64,000 nt of DNA. Source: Eledone cirrhosa (lineage: Eukaryota). Shown one piece after another: positions 62,575 through 64,000 of this stretch. A model generated the notes under the pieces. The model was not told the DNA's origin. It made no database searches and worked only from the letters and a program-made list of their open reading frames with translations. The stretch is from the NCBI GenBank assembly GCA_964016885.1, contig OZ024742.1, forward strand, positions 91,202,001 to 91,266,000, written 5' to 3'. The translations under genes and the position numbers were made by a program. Positions within the stretch are counted from its first letter, which is position 1, and the number at the start of each line of letters is the position of its first letter.

Positions 62575-64000
62575 CAATTTGATATCAATTCATACTACAC
62601 CTCTATTTCCCCTATCCTATTAAATAAGGCACTTATCATGGCCATGACCAATAGCGACCTGACTAGAGCCCAGGTTTGATGTCATCCTTGCGGGCCCGTA
62701 AAACCATAATCACCTTCGAGGACCAACTATGGACACGCAAGGATACGCACAACAACTTCGACATAACCATGGGATCTAGTGACTCGGCGCAGGTCACTGA
62801 TTTGGTCGCCTATACCTCCTCAATGAAATCCATAAAGACCTCCCTTACCTCAACGGTGGTTTGTACCGCGATGATGCACTTCTACTCATAGAATATAAAA
62901 AATTTAATATAGAAAGAACTAGAAAACAACTGCATAAGACATTCAAAAACTTTAACCTTAGTATCACCATGGACAAAAAACACTAAAAATGTTAACTTCC
63001 TAGACGCCACACTATACCTAGACTCAAAAATATATACACCCTTCCATAAGCCTAATGAGAAACTTATTTACGTAGATACCAAGTCTAATCACCCTAGATC
63101 AATATTAAACTCTATCTCTAAGGGGTGTCCAATAGAATCTCTAGTCTGTCCTATGACGCAAACATATTTAGCAAAAACTCACAATATTACAATCAAGCAT
63201 TAGCTAGCTCCGGCCATAATATAGAAATTGAGTTCCTACCTAAGAAAACACATAGCTACAACATCATCTCGCACAACATGTCCATGAGGAAATCTAATAA
63301 TAGGAATAGCAACCACAAGTACACCAAAGCGGAGGGTGCCACCGAAGTAACCATTACCATGGAAACTACTGTGAGGCCTTAGGAGGAAGCAACACACCAA
63401 ACACTAAAAGCAAAAATAGAAGAAGAAATAATACATTTTTCAACCCTCCTTTCAACCTAAATGTCTCCACCAACATACCTAGGGCTTTCTTCTCACTACT
63501 AGATAAAAACTTCCCTCTAGGACACAAGTACCACAACCTCTTAAACAAAAACACCATTAAAATCTCATACTCCACGACGCCTAACTTAGCATACCACATA
63601 GCTAGCAGCAATAATAGTAAAATTAGTTCTTACTTCCAACAAACTAAATCGCAACGGGATGCAAACCCTCTAAATACCACTGTAGCAAGCAACAATAGCA
63701 ACGGCAGAGTAACAATAGAAATAACACTAGTATAAGTAATAACACCAGGGTTGTCAACCTGAACACCCAAAATCCTATACCCACCACACAGACTTCCGCA
63801 TTGCATTATAACCAGCGGACTAACGCACAGAATAATTGTAACTGTAGAGTTAATAGAACCTGCCCTTTAGATAAAAAATGCCTAACCAAGGATGTCATAT
63901 ACTCATGCACAGTCACGACTAATAACTCTTCAGGAAACCTATGTAGGCTCCACTTCTAACTGCTTCAAAATTAGATATAACTCGCACATCCACTCGTTCA
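62575..64000 (+). mobile_element. Inverted (head-to-head) copy of the same Penelope-like element, running off the window
   Basis: 62707-64000 is the reverse complement of about 61256-62547 with small indels; 62575-62706 is additional upstream RT sequence (FDI...YYTSI). Confidence 0.9.

Overview
This is eukaryotic, very AT-rich, gene-free repetitive DNA. The repeat content suggests an octopus or other cephalopod, which is an inference. No host protein-coding gene is supported. The window is a mosaic of long (TA)n/(TA/CA)n microsatellites holding many retroelements: several Penelope-like elements (PLEs; RT plus GIY-YIG, mostly Naiad-type) in inverted arrangements, RTE-clade LINEs (one with an intact 1181-aa ORF), a decayed Tx1/L1-type LINE, tRNA-derived SINEs, a bipartite RTE derivative and a non-autonomous Helitron. 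The main finding is two neighbouring palindromic tandem arrays of homologous non-coding units (467 bp at 11350-18271 and 468 bp at 18848-21697). Each unit carries an octamer/PSE-like/TATA-like cassette followed by a minimal type I hammerhead ribozyme with covarying stems. The long + arms of both arrays end at the same homologous position against (TA)n. They look like self-transcribing, self-cleaving retrozyme (circular-RNA) families copied by a PLE reverse transcriptase. Further hammerheads, some atypical, lie in the PLE terminal repeats. All alignments and folds were done by eye.
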